A stretch of DNA of 23,780 nucleotides from a virus (Duplodnaviria; Heunggongvirae; Uroviricota; Caudoviricetes): IMG/VR virus record IMGVR_UViG_3300015207_000030, positions 1-23,780 of that record; one strand, written 5' to 3'. This document shows positions 6,263 through 15,387 of this stretch, in pieces (positions within the stretch are counted from its first letter, which is position 1; every line of letters begins with the position of its first letter). The translations under genes and the position numbers were made by a program. Under the pieces are notes generated by a model that searched no databases, was not told where the DNA came from, and worked only from the letters and a program-made list of their open reading frames with translations.

Positions 6263-7777
6263 ATGAGCGGCTATTCAGATGCGGGCGCGAGTTATGACAA
6301 ACGCGCCTTAAAAGCCTTTATAGCGCGTTCTCTGTCGGCGATAGAGGATATCGACTATAACAACTTTACGCTGCGGCAGCGTGCGCGTATGCTGTATATG
6401 GCGTCGCCGATAGCGGCGGCAGCGATCAACACCAACCGCACAAAGATAGTCGGCAAAGGTCTGCGGCTGAAATGCAACATTGATTATGAGACGCTGGGGA
6501 TTTCCCCCGAGGCAGCCAAGAAATGGTGCAGACGCACCGAGGCGGCGTTCCGCTTTTGGTGCGAGGATCGCCGCAACTGCGACGCGCTCGGAATAAACAA
6601 TTTTTTCGAGCTTCAAAGTCTGGCGTGCAAATCATGGCTGATGAGCGGAGACGTTTTCGTGTTGCTGAAGCGCGAAAAGGCAACTCCGCTCAATCCGTAC
6701 ACACTGCGGCTGCATCTTGTCGAAGCCGATCGCGTATGCACTCCCGCGACCGCGGACGGCGGTTTGTGGAACGTTACCGAGGGCGAGTACAAGGGTCACA
6801 AGGTGCATGACGGCGTTGAGGTCGACGACAACGGTAAAGCGGTCGCGTACCACGTCTGCAACATCTATCCGGGGCAGATGAGCGCAAAAACGGAGAATTG
6901 GGTGCGTATAAAGGCAGTCGGCGAAAAAACGGGGCTGCCGAATATTCTGCACATAATGGACGCGGAGCGTCCCGATCAGTATCGGGGCGTTTCTTATTTG
7001 GCGTCGGTTATCGAGATGATCCTGCAGCTGCGCAGATACGTTGAGAGCGAACTGTTGGCGGCGCTTGTGCAGACATACCTTACTGCGTGGATAAAAGCCG
7101 CAGGCGACACGTCAGAAATGCCTATCATAGGGGATCAGGACGAGGAGGACGAAGAGGAACGATATGACAAAGACCCGCAGATGGCTCCCGGGAACGTTAT
7201 ACATTTAAAGCCCGGCGAGGATGTTATTTTCGGCAATCCGAATATCCCGACAGCGGGCTTTGAGACGTTCTCCAAGACGATCATAAAGCAGATAGGCGCT
7301 GGGCTTGAAATACCGTATGATGTGCTTGTCAAAGAGTTCAATTCCTCGTATTCCGCGTCAAAGGGCGCGCTCGAGGAGGCTTGGGAGGCTGTCAAAATGC
7401 GCCGCGCGTGGTTCGTGTCGGATTTTTGCCAGCCGATTTACGAGGTCTGGCTTTCGGAGGCGGTCGCGCTCGGCAAGATAAACGCTCCCGGTTTTTTCGA
7501 TGATCCGCTTATACGAGCGGCTTGGTGCGGTTCACGCTGGGACGGCCCCGCGCAAACTCACCTTGATCCGCTTAAAGAGGCAAAAGCAAACGCTATACTC
7601 GTTCAGAACGGCTGGAAAACCAACGAGCAGACCACACGCGAGTATTACGGCGAGAATTGGGAGGAAAATATGCAGCAGCTCGAACAGGAGAACGGGCTGA
7701 AAAACGCCGTTTGTCCGCCTGTAACAAATATGGATTTCAGCGATGAGGAGGAAGACGAAGATGCCAAAAACGATTGA
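6263..7777 (+). CDS. Portal protein, lambda gpB family
   Basis: Listed ORF starts at GTG 6221; I prefer ATG 6263 behind RBS GAAGGTGA. The segment FETFSKTIIKQIGAGLEIPYDVLVKEFNSSYSASKGALEEAWEAVKMRRAWFVSDFCQPIYEVWLSEAV parallels the lambda gpB C-terminal region as I recall it; acidic C-terminal tail. Confidence 0.8.
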   Translation: MSGYSDAGASYDKRALKAFIARSLSAIEDIDYNNFTLRQRARMLYMASPIAAAAINTNRTKIVGKGLRLKCNIDYETLGISPEAAKKWCRRTEAAFRFWCEDRRNCDALGINNFFELQSLACKSWLMSGDVFVLLKREKATPLNPYTLRLHLVEADRVCTPATADGGLWNVTEGEYKGHKVHDGVEVDDNGKAVAYHVCNIYPGQMSAKTENWVRIKAVGEKTGLPNILHIMDAERPDQYRGVSYLASVIEMILQLRRYVESELLAALVQTYLTAWIKAAGDTSEMPIIGDQDEEDEEERYDKDPQMAPGNVIHLKPGEDVIFGNPNIPTAGFETFSKTIIKQIGAGLEIPYDVLVKEFNSSYSASKGALEEAWEAVKMRRAWFVSDFCQPIYEVWLSEAVALGKINAPGFFDDPLIRAAWCGSRWDGPAQTHLDPLKEAKANAILVQNGWKTNEQTTREYYGENWEENMQQLEQENGLKNAVCPPVTNMDFSDEEEDEDAKND

Positions 7778-8999
7778 ACGCGCTTGTTATGCGCTGGCAG
7801 CCGACAGCAAATCGGAAACGGCAGAGCTTACGCTTTACGGAAACGTTGTCAAAAGGCGTCCGCTCGAGATCGATTGGGATAACGACAGGATCGCCAAGTC
7901 GACGGATAATTATATCGTTGAACAGGAATTTCTCGACGATTTAAAGGCTGTCGGGAAATGCAGGAAATTGAATATCCGCGTGAACTCTCTCGGCGGCGAT
8001 GTGCATGTCGCGCTTACAATTTACAGCCGTTTGCGCGAGCTCACGGAAAACGGCACGGAGCTTACCTGTTCCGTGGACGGAGTGGCAATGTCGGCGGGTT
8101 CGATGATAATGTGCGCCGCTGATAAGGTCACGGCAAGCGAAAGCTCGCTGATAATGGTTCACCGCAGTATGACGATGCCGCCGGATTATCTTAACGCGGA
8201 CGAGCTTCGCAAAGAGGCGGAGAGAATGGACGAGTACGACAAGGCGATAGCGTCCTGTTACAAACGCAAAACGGGAAAGTCCGAGGCGGAGCTGCTCCGC
8301 ATGATGAGTAAGGAGACATATATGACGGGCGCGGAGGCAAAGGACGCGGGCTTTGTGGACGAGCTTACAAGCTCTGAAAAATTAATAGCGATCGCGGCTT
8401 GTGCGGATATGAGATCACTTATGGTGGGCGGCAGAACGTTCGATTTAATGGGCGCTCCCATGCCCTTGAATTTACCGACGGTAACACAGCCCGAGCCGCA
8501 AGGCGGCGCGGACGTTACAGATATATCACAAACTGAAGGAGGTAACGGAATTATGGCAAATAACTTTGATGAACTGCTTAAAGAGAACCCCGCTCTCGCG
8601 GCGGCTATCGAAAAGGAGTTAAAGGCAAAAGCCGAGGCGGACGTTTCGGCTAAGGCGAACGAGACGGCAGCTAAAGCGGTCGAAGCGGAGCGGAAGAGAA
8701 TAGCCGAGATCGACGAGATAGCGGCGCTGTATTCTCCCGAACTGGTGGAGGCGGCGAAGTACGGCGACAAGGCGTGTACAGCGCAGGAACTCAGCTACAG
8801 AGCGGCTGTCGAGAACGCCAAGAGGGGCAGGAAGTTCGGCGACGATCTTCTGGCTGACGCAAAGGATTCGGGAGTGGGCGGCGTTCATGCTGCCGTTCCG
8901 CCCGCCGAGGGCAATGGCGGCGAAAAGTCGGAGGACGAGCTTATGGCAGAGGCAAGAGCAGCCGTTAAGGCGGCGCTCGGAGAGGAGGTAACGGCATGA
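7761..8999 (+). CDS. Prohead protease (ClpP/S49-like) fused to or nested with a scaffold domain, lambda gpC-like
   Basis: NSLGGDV and GVAMSAGSMIM match ClpP-family serine protease motifs; C-terminal third is Ala/Glu/Lys-rich coiled coil typical of scaffolds. Start could be ATG 7743 or ATG 7761 (RBS GAGGAGG). Confidence 0.75.
   Translation: MPKTIERACYALAADSKSETAELTLYGNVVKRRPLEIDWDNDRIAKSTDNYIVEQEFLDDLKAVGKCRKLNIRVNSLGGDVHVALTIYSRLRELTENGTELTCSVDGVAMSAGSMIMCAADKVTASESSLIMVHRSMTMPPDYLNADELRKEAERMDEYDKAIASCYKRKTGKSEAELLRMMSKETYMTGAEAKDAGFVDELTSSEKLIAIAACADMRSLMVGGRTFDLMGAPMPLNLPTVTQPEPQGGADVTDISQTEGGNGIMANNFDELLKENPALAAAIEKELKAKAEADVSAKANETAAKAVEAERKRIAEIDEIAALYSPELVEAAKYGDKACTAQELSYRAAVENAKRGRKFGDDLLADAKDSGVGGVHAAVPPAEGNGGEKSEDELMAEARAAVKAALGEEVTA
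8553..8999 (+). CDS. Possible nested in-frame scaffold protein (lambda Nu3-like arrangement)
   Basis: Internal in-frame ATG at 8553 preceded by strong RBS GAAGGAGG (8535..8542); downstream sequence is the coiled-coil Ala/Glu-rich part of the protease ORF. Confidence 0.35.
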   Translation: MANNFDELLKENPALAAAIEKELKAKAEADVSAKANETAAKAVEAERKRIAEIDEIAALYSPELVEAAKYGDKACTAQELSYRAAVENAKRGRKFGDDLLADAKDSGVGGVHAAVPPAEGNGGEKSEDELMAEARAAVKAALGEEVTA

Positions 9000-9364
9000 C
9001 GGAGCTGTCAAAGAAAACAGCCGCTATGGAGCCCGACGATCTGGTAGTCGGCACACAGCCGCCTTTGCGGACGGTCGGCGCGACCGTTAAAGGCGGCGCG
9101 GGCGAGCTTAAACGCGGCACGATAATGGCAAAGGGAGCGGACGGACTGCTGGATATTCTCGGAAAAGATACCGAAGCGGAGGCTTACGGCATTCTGACCG
9201 ACGATATCAACGCTGCCGACGGCGATCAGCCCGCAGTGATCTACATCAGCGGCAAATTCAACGCCAACAAAATGATCGCCGCGGACGGCTATACGATCAC
9301 GGAAAAAGACAAGGATACGCTACGCAAGTACGGCATCGAGCTTACCGCCGCGCTGTCCTATTGA
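8996..9364 (+). CDS. Head decoration protein, lambda gpD-like
   Basis: 122 aa between protease/scaffold and major capsid; AYGILTDDINAADGDQPAVIYISGKFNANKMI resembles the lambda D core (GILA...T.Y.SG.F). Confidence 0.55.
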   Translation: MTELSKKTAAMEPDDLVVGTQPPLRTVGATVKGGAGELKRGTIMAKGADGLLDILGKDTEAEAYGILTDDINAADGDQPAVIYISGKFNANKMIAADGYTITEKDKDTLRKYGIELTAALSY

Positions 9365-9384
9365 TAAAAGGAGGGACTTTGATA

Positions 9385-10461
9385 ATGCCTAATACGCTTG
9401 ATATTTTCAGCTCCTATACAATGCTGGCGACTCTGGAGCTTGTTAAGCCCGAGACGCTGTTCTTTTCGTCGCGCTATTTCCCTACGGGAGCGGGGGATAT
9501 TTTCAATTCCGACAAGGTGCTTGTCGAATACACAAAGGGCGACCGCAAAATGGCTCCGTTCGTTTCGGAGAGGATCGGCGCTGTTCCCGTTGAGAGACGG
9601 GGCTACGAGATACGCGAGTTTGCGCCCGCGCACATCGGCGTTTCGCGCACGCTCACTCTGGACGATCTTAAAAAGCGCGGGTTCGGCGAGGCGCTGTACT
9701 CCAATACCAAGCCCGCGGAGCGCGCTCTGCGTATGCAGCTTGAGGATATGACCGATCTTAACAAACGCATTTCACGCCGCGAGGAGTGGATGTCGGTGCA
9801 GACCATGATCAACAACGCCTGCCCCGTACAGGAGATGTTTGACGCGAAAACGGTGGGCGAGGAGAAACTCGTACAGTTCTTCGGCAGCGAAAGCTCCGAG
9901 CATATTTACACCGTCGCCAATATGTGGAATTCCAAAGACGGAAACATAACCGGAGACGTTTATGTAATGTGCGAGCAGCTTGCAGGCAGAGGACTGAACG
10001 CCGTCGATCTGGTTATCGGCTCGGACGTTGCGGACGTGTTCTACGACGATCCTGTCATCGCGAGAATGATAGACAAAAACTCGGGCATCAATTTCGGCAT
10101 GATAAACGAGCAGATAGTTTATCCCGGAGTATCGCAGATAGGTCCTCTTAATTTCAGAGGGCACTGGCTGACCATTTATGTGGTGTCGACGTCTTACGAG
10201 GACGAAAACGGCGTTACAAGACCGTATTTCCCCAAAAATTCGGCTATGGTAACATATCCGAATTGCGGCCACAAAATGTACGGGCGGATCACGCAGATGC
10301 CTTACGGTTCTATCGATTACAAGACGATCGCGGCAAAACGTGTTCCGAAGCTTATAGTGGACAATGCCAACGATACGAGAGCGCTGTCGCTCAAAACGCG
10401 TCCGCTTACTGCACCGAGGACATACTGCCCGTACATCTACGCGGCAAACGTAGTGGGCTGA
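9385..10461 (+). CDS. Major capsid protein, lambda gpE family
   Basis: ATG 9385 behind RBS AAAGGAGGG; the N-terminal 90 aa share the pattern Y...P..F.S.YFP...MA.FVS...PV...G..EF.P with lambda E as I recall it; size and position fit. Confidence 0.75.
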   Translation: MPNTLDIFSSYTMLATLELVKPETLFFSSRYFPTGAGDIFNSDKVLVEYTKGDRKMAPFVSERIGAVPVERRGYEIREFAPAHIGVSRTLTLDDLKKRGFGEALYSNTKPAERALRMQLEDMTDLNKRISRREEWMSVQTMINNACPVQEMFDAKTVGEEKLVQFFGSESSEHIYTVANMWNSKDGNITGDVYVMCEQLAGRGLNAVDLVIGSDVADVFYDDPVIARMIDKNSGINFGMINEQIVYPGVSQIGPLNFRGHWLTIYVVSTSYEDENGVTRPYFPKNSAMVTYPNCGHKMYGRITQMPYGSIDYKTIAAKRVPKLIVDNANDTRALSLKTRPLTAPRTYCPYIYAANVVG

Positions 10462-10483
10462 CGCATTGGGAAAGGAGAACGAT

Positions 10484-10918
10484 ATGCTGATAAAGATCAT
10501 TCGCGGTACATACGGACTTAAAAGCGGCAATATTATCAAGCCGAAAACCTGCAGCGACCCGCCCTTTCATGTTGAACATGAGGAGGGCGAGCGGCTGATA
10601 CGTCTTGGTATTGCTGATTTAGTTTTCTCTGACACTATGCCGCCTGTAAGGAACAAAGGGGACGATCCGAATGCTGTTCCCGACAGCAAGGTTCGGGTGT
10701 TGGACAGCGATGACGACGAGGGCTACGAGGTCAAGAGCACGGTTGAAGAACGCGACGTTCCCGAATACAGCGAGGACAACACAAACGCCGAATTGCAAGC
10801 GATTGCAAAAGAATACGGCATAGAATTTCCGCAGCGTGCAAACAAGGCGCAGATGCTCGACGCGCTTGACGAGTTTTTCGGCGGCACGCCCGAGATCAGC
10901 GCAAGGGAGCCCGAATAA
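10484..10918 (+). CDS. Hypothetical head-associated protein with C-terminal HeH/Rho-N-like motif
   Basis: ATG 10484 with RBS AAGGAG; C-terminal NAELQAIAKEYGIEFPQRANKAQMLDALDEF resembles a Rho-N/SAP-like helix-extension-helix motif; acidic middle. Confidence 0.45.
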   Translation: MLIKIIRGTYGLKSGNIIKPKTCSDPPFHVEHEEGERLIRLGIADLVFSDTMPPVRNKGDDPNAVPDSKVRVLDSDDDEGYEVKSTVEERDVPEYSEDNTNAELQAIAKEYGIEFPQRANKAQMLDALDEFFGGTPEISAREPE

Positions 10919-11286
10919 TGGGCTTTAAGGAAATGGTCGAGCGCGATAACGCGGCTGTTATGCTGAACGTCGGCGAGTTCGCCGAATACCGCACGATAAA
11001 GTTCGACGGCAATGAATACGGGCATATTCCCGTTGTGCTGACGAACGTTAAGCAGTCCGACCGCACAGTGCTTCAGAGCGACCACATGGAGGGCGTTTAT
11101 CTGGTGACGGCAAAGGCGTATTTTAACGCGCTTGACGTTGGCGGAAATATTCCCGAAAAGGGAAAGCGTTTTGAAATCGACGACGGTGAAGCGCTCGGAA
11201 AGCCGTTTTTTCGGAAATACCGTGTGGCGACGTCAGAGAACGCAATGGGTATGATCTGCGTGGAATTGGAGGCGTATGACGAATGA
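10918..11286 (+). CDS. Putative head-tail joining protein (lambda FII-like, tentative)
   Basis: 122 aa, start overlaps the previous stop; weak pattern resemblance to gpFII; position after capsid. Confidence 0.35.
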   Translation: MGFKEMVERDNAAVMLNVGEFAEYRTIKFDGNEYGHIPVVLTNVKQSDRTVLQSDHMEGVYLVTAKAYFNALDVGGNIPEKGKRFEIDDGEALGKPFFRKYRVATSENAMGMICVELEAYDE

Positions 11287-11951
11287 GCACAACAGGCGGT
11301 ATGATAGCGGTCAAGAGCTTCGGTGGCGAGGCGCTGGATCACGCGGCTAAGGTGCTGGCTGGGATACCCGACGGCGTAAACAAGGCGGTAAGGAGCGCGC
11401 TCCCGAGAACTGTTTCCTCGCTGCGCGGTGAGAGCGTCAGGGCGATACAGACGAAATACGATATTTCGGCGGCGAATATACGCTCTAAGCAGAATATATC
11501 GATAAGGTACTCTTACGGCGCTGTTTCGGAGGCGTATGTGCTGTTTTCAGGAAGAAAGATACCGCTGTATCGGTACAACGGCACTTCCCCGAAAAATCCT
11601 GCTGTGAACGCAAGCAAGACGGTAATGGTGAATATTGACGGCACGCTTAAGCCCATGCACCCGGGCGTTGCGGCAGCGGCGCATCAGCTTAAAGGCACGT
11701 CGCCCACGAAATTTCAGAACGCGTTCGTTACGAAAATGGATTCGGGGCACGTCGGCATTTTTGAGCGCACGGGCGGCGTGACTTCAAGCGGCAGAGATCA
11801 GATCAAGGAGCTGCAGGGCTCGTCCGTTCCGCAAATGCTCGGAAACGAGAGCGTTCAAACTCATCTTGCGGACAGAGCGTCGCAGAAGTTCGAGGAACGA
11901 ATGGAGCACGAGATACTCAGAATACTTAACGGATGGGGGCAAGGTAAGTGA
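11283..11951 (+). CDS. Hypothetical virion morphogenesis / connector protein
   Basis: 222 aa, ATGA overlap with the preceding gene; lies in the connector gene block; no family recognised. Confidence 0.45.
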   Translation: MSTTGGMIAVKSFGGEALDHAAKVLAGIPDGVNKAVRSALPRTVSSLRGESVRAIQTKYDISAANIRSKQNISIRYSYGAVSEAYVLFSGRKIPLYRYNGTSPKNPAVNASKTVMVNIDGTLKPMHPGVAAAAHQLKGTSPTKFQNAFVTKMDSGHVGIFERTGGVTSSGRDQIKELQGSSVPQMLGNESVQTHLADRASQKFEERMEHEILRILNGWGQGK

Positions 11952-12466
11952 CGGCAAGAGAATTACTGCACACGCTGAAAAAATTCTGCGAGGATTCCGT
12001 AAAGGGAATGGTGCTGCCAACGGCGGTGCAAAGAGGCGATACGGAGGAACACAAGCGCGTTCCGACAATGTATGAAATGCGTCTGCCTGACAGCGGAAAC
12101 GCCGAAAAATTAGCGCCTTACGAGATAATTCAAGTGGTGCATACGAAGCATATCCAGAACCCGGGCGACAAGCCGCGCTATTTTGTTGATGTGCGGCTCG
12201 TGTTCTGCGTGTACTGCGAGGACGAACAGGACGGCGCAATAATGCTCCTTAACTTTATGGAAAGAGTGCAGATGCGCTTATTGAAAGAAGTGGATATCGG
12301 CAGCTTGTGTCTGCTGGACGTAAACGAGCCGCTGGAAATGCTTATTTACCCCGAGGACACCGCGCCGTATTACGCGGGGGAGATGTCGGGAACATTCGTT
12401 CTCCCCGGAACAGAAAGAGAGGTTGATTTAAATGGGCTCAAGAGCCAAATTGGAAAAAGAATATGA
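11948..12466 (+). CDS. Hypothetical connector / tail completion protein
   Basis: 172 aa, GTG start overlapping the previous stop (GTGA); synteny only. Confidence 0.4.
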   Translation: MTARELLHTLKKFCEDSVKGMVLPTAVQRGDTEEHKRVPTMYEMRLPDSGNAEKLAPYEIIQVVHTKHIQNPGDKPRYFVDVRLVFCVYCEDEQDGAIMLLNFMERVQMRLLKEVDIGSLCLLDVNEPLEMLIYPEDTAPYYAGEMSGTFVLPGTEREVDLNGLKSQIGKRI

Positions 12467-12782
12467 AGCTCCCGCTTTTGAGGAAATCGCCGCAAAAGCC
12501 GACATGAAGCCTGCCGAGGTCAAGCGGGTCTACGTTTATGTCGGGCCGTCGTTCAAAGGCGTTGTCAATAACGGCAGAATATTCAAGGGAACAAGGGAGG
12601 ATATTCTGTCCGAGATAAAGGCAAACGCCGAAGCGGCGGGAATGATAAATAAATTCGCGAAGATAAGCAGACTGCTTATCGCGGATACCGAGCTGGCGCA
12701 CGCCAAGGAACAGCTCGCCAAGGGCGGGAACGGTCTCAGCAGAGCGTATGCGGCTATACTCGGCAATGAGGAGGAGGGATAA
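12432..12782 (+). CDS. Hypothetical protein upstream of the sheath gene
   Basis: 116 aa; ATG 12432 overlaps the previous gene by 35 nt (start uncertain); stop immediately precedes the sheath start. Confidence 0.4.
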   Translation: MGSRAKLEKEYEAPAFEEIAAKADMKPAEVKRVYVYVGPSFKGVVNNGRIFKGTREDILSEIKANAEAAGMINKFAKISRLLIADTELAHAKEQLAKGGNGLSRAYAAILGNEEEG

Positions 12783-12785
12783 TAA

Positions 12786-14213
12786 ATGCTCCAACATGGT
12801 ATAAACACATTTAAGGACGATACAGGCTCGGTGGCGGTGCAGGTCGCGGCGTGCGGTATCCCGTTCTTTATCGGCGCATGGCCGTGTCATACAGGCAAGG
12901 GCTTTGCGGGTAAGCCGCAGTACTGTACGAGCTTTGACGAGGCGGCGGAGCTGGGCGGGTATTCGTCCGAGTGGCGCTATGAAAACGGCTCTCCGAAATG
13001 GAATTTGTGTCAGGCGGCGTATGCGCACTTTAAGCTCGCGGGAATGAGCCCCGCGATTTTTTACAACATTTTTGACCCCAAAACGCACAGAAGGGCGGTT
13101 GAGGCGGGTAATTATCCCGTTGAAGAACATACCGTTAAGCTGCCGCTTGACGCGCTGCGGAACGGAAACCTTGTCGTTAAGTCGGCGGACGCGGAGGACG
13201 CGCTTGTCGAAAACGTTGACTACGAGGCGTATTATAACTCCGAAAATCTGTGCGTGGAGCTGCTTGAGGGCAGCGCGGCGTATAACGCGGATTCACTTAC
13301 GGTCGCGTATGACGCAGCCGACCCGTCGCTTATTACCGCCGAGGACGTTGAAATGGCTGTTGAAGCTGTTGAAATGTGCTACAGCGTTATCGGTATAGTT
13401 CCCGATCTGCTGTGCGCTCCCGGGTGGTCGGCGAACCCGACCGTCGCGGCGGTAATGGCGGCGAAAGCTCCGTCGATCAACGGGCTTTTCCGCGCAAAGG
13501 CGGTAGTGGATATTGACGCGGCAGTGGTTACCGAATACGGCGCGGTTCTGCAGTACAAGAACGACAACGGCTATACCTCCGAGGATATGGTCGTATGCTG
13601 GCCTATGGTAAAGAACGGCGATTATACGTTCGACCTCTCGGTCATTGCGTGCGGGCTTATGGCAAAGGTCGATTCGGGAAACGCGAACTGTCCGTATGAA
13701 TCGCCGTCCAATAAGGGCGTGCCTATTACAGGCGCTGTCAACGCAAGAGGTGAGGAGATAACCGTTTCGATCGCGCAGGCGGATATCCTTACCGTAACGG
13801 ACGGTATCGTTACCGTGCTCAACAACGGCGGCTGGAGCTTGTGGGGAAACTACCTCGGCTGCTACCCCAAAACGAGCGACGTCGCGAAAATGTTCATCTG
13901 CACCAACAGGACGCAGGACTGGATATGCAATACGTTCATCAAGACGTATTGGCAGTATCTGGATAAGCCGCTTACGCCGCCGCTTCGCGACGCGATAATC
14001 AACAGCTTCAACAGCTGGCTGAACGGATTGACAGCAGAGGGCAAGCTGTACGGCGGCGAACTGGAGTATATATCTGAGCTCAACCCCGTTACACAGCTTA
14101 CGAACGGTATGATAAGACTGGATACATTGGCGGCGTCGCCCATACCTGCGCAGCGCATAGATATGCACGTAGCGTACAGCGTGGATATGCTCGAATCCGC
14201 GTTCAGCTCATAA
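12786..14213 (+). CDS. Contractile tail sheath protein
   Basis: 475 aa behind RBS GAGGAGGAGGG; size and position directly upstream of tube, chaperone and tape measure genes as in PBSX/Mu/P2-type tail modules. Confidence 0.75.
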   Translation: MLQHGINTFKDDTGSVAVQVAACGIPFFIGAWPCHTGKGFAGKPQYCTSFDEAAELGGYSSEWRYENGSPKWNLCQAAYAHFKLAGMSPAIFYNIFDPKTHRRAVEAGNYPVEEHTVKLPLDALRNGNLVVKSADAEDALVENVDYEAYYNSENLCVELLEGSAAYNADSLTVAYDAADPSLITAEDVEMAVEAVEMCYSVIGIVPDLLCAPGWSANPTVAAVMAAKAPSINGLFRAKAVVDIDAAVVTEYGAVLQYKNDNGYTSEDMVVCWPMVKNGDYTFDLSVIACGLMAKVDSGNANCPYESPSNKGVPITGAVNARGEEITVSIAQADILTVTDGIVTVLNNGGWSLWGNYLGCYPKTSDVAKMFICTNRTQDWICNTFIKTYWQYLDKPLTPPLRDAIINSFNSWLNGLTAEGKLYGGELEYISELNPVTQLTNGMIRLDTLAASPIPAQRIDMHVAYSVDMLESAFSS

Positions 14214-14228
14214 AAAGGAGGGAAAGCT

Positions 14229-14756
14229 ATGAGCAGAGAAATAGAGGGTACTATTGCCGCGTATGTTTACGAGAACGGCGTAAACTTTCTGGGTCTGGCA
14301 AAGGTTGATATGCCGGACATTTCGTTCAAAACGTTCACATCGAGCGGACTGGGAATGTGCGGAGACGTGGAGCACGGAGCGCTGTGTCAATTCCAGCCCA
14401 TGAAAATGACCTTGCATTTCCGCGATACCAACACGGCATTTTACGCACTCAGCGATCAGAGGATACATCAGCTTACGCTGGAGGTCGCGAAACAGGTTCA
14501 CGAATACCAAGCGGGAGAAATTCCCGTCACAGGGGTCAAATATGTTGTGGATTTCGAGCCGCTTAAGACAACGGGCGGCAGCATAGAGCCCGCAACGCCG
14601 CAGAATGTTACTGCGGAGGGCTCCGTGTCTATGTTTAAGGAATTTATCAACGGAATTCTTGAACGTCATATTGACGTAACAAAATATATCTACATCGGTC
14701 ACGACGGCGTAGACCGCGCCGCGCCGATACGCAAGGCACTGAATATGGCGTACTGA
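14229..14756 (+). CDS. Tail tube protein
   Basis: 175 aa directly after the sheath gene with RBS AAAAGGAGGG; synteny-based. Confidence 0.65.
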   Translation: MSREIEGTIAAYVYENGVNFLGLAKVDMPDISFKTFTSSGLGMCGDVEHGALCQFQPMKMTLHFRDTNTAFYALSDQRIHQLTLEVAKQVHEYQAGEIPVTGVKYVVDFEPLKTTGGSIEPATPQNVTAEGSVSMFKEFINGILERHIDVTKYIYIGHDGVDRAAPIRKALNMAY

Positions 14757-14767
14757 TGAATAACCAA

Positions 14768-14800
14768 GTATCCCTCCGCGTTCGGAGGGATACGCTTTTT
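14768..14800 (+). terminator. Intrinsic terminator after the tail tube gene
   Basis: Stem GTATCCCTCCG (14768..14778) / CGGAGGGATAC (14783..14793), 4 nt loop, followed by GCTTTTT. Confidence 0.6.
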
Positions 14801-14819
14801 CGACGAAAGGAGAATTGAT

Positions 14820-15221
14820 ATGGATAATGAAGAGATTTTGGGCGGCGAGCTTACCGACGAGGAAAACAAGGCGGTCGACGACGCTGCAGGGAAGATCAGA
14901 AACGACGTAATGACGCCCGACGGCGTTTGGAAGTGCGAGCTGTCAAAGCCGATCACACACAACGGCATTGAATACAGCGAGCTTACGTTCAACTTCGGGA
15001 AGCTCACGGGCGCGGACGCTGTTAATATCGAGGACGAGCTTTCCGCAAAGGGAAAACCCGTGTTTATGAACGAGGCGGCTAACAGTTCGTATCTTATTTT
15101 AATGGCGGCGAGGGCGTGCGAGGAGCATATAAGCTCCGACGCGTTCAAGCGTATGAGCATTGTCGATTTTAACAGGATAAAGAACAAGGCGCGGCTTTTT
15201 TTATTGGGCGTTGCGGTGTAA
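14820..15221 (+). CDS. Tail assembly chaperone (XkdN-like), zero-frame product
   Basis: 133 aa between tube and tape measure; RBS AAAGGAG; ends with the slippery run described in the next feature. Confidence 0.6.
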   Translation: MDNEEILGGELTDEENKAVDDAAGKIRNDVMTPDGVWKCELSKPITHNGIEYSELTFNFGKLTGADAVNIEDELSAKGKPVFMNEAANSSYLILMAARACEEHISSDAFKRMSIVDFNRIKNKARLFLLGVAV

Positions 15222-15370
15222 GTCATTTGCGCCGCGACGTGCTGGCGCTGGCGCGAAACGGCTACGCGCCGATACAGTACTGGCTCGGTCTGCCGCTGCT
15301 TAATATACAGCGCTGGGCAAAAGAGCACAACAAACTGATAGACGAACTTAAAAGGAGTGAGGACGTATAG
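14820..15370 (+). CDS. Tail assembly chaperone, predicted -1 frameshift extended product
   Basis: Slippery heptamer T_TTT_TTA at 15197..15203 in the zero frame; the -1 frame is open from there to TAG at 15368..15370 (56 codons, my hand translation), ending 17 nt before the tape measure start. Confidence 0.45.
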
Positions 15371-15387
15371 CAAACAAGGAGTATCAG

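Noticed and set aside
12432-12466. 35 nt overlap between the 172 aa and 116 aa connector ORFs, considered as a second frameshift site
   Set aside because: No slippery heptamer seen in the overlap; more likely ordinary overlapping genes or a start-site miscall (alternative ATG at 12504 has a weak RBS).
12438-14168. Long minus-strand ORFs (12438..13130, 13293..14168) antisense to the connector and sheath genes
   Set aside because: Arg/Pro-rich low-complexity translations typical of antisense frames in GC-rich genes; they would interrupt an otherwise co-linear structural operon.
14208-15373. Minus-strand ORFs 14208..14702 and 14699..15373 opposite the tube and chaperone genes
   Set aside because: Antisense to synteny-supported tail genes; no plausible start context.
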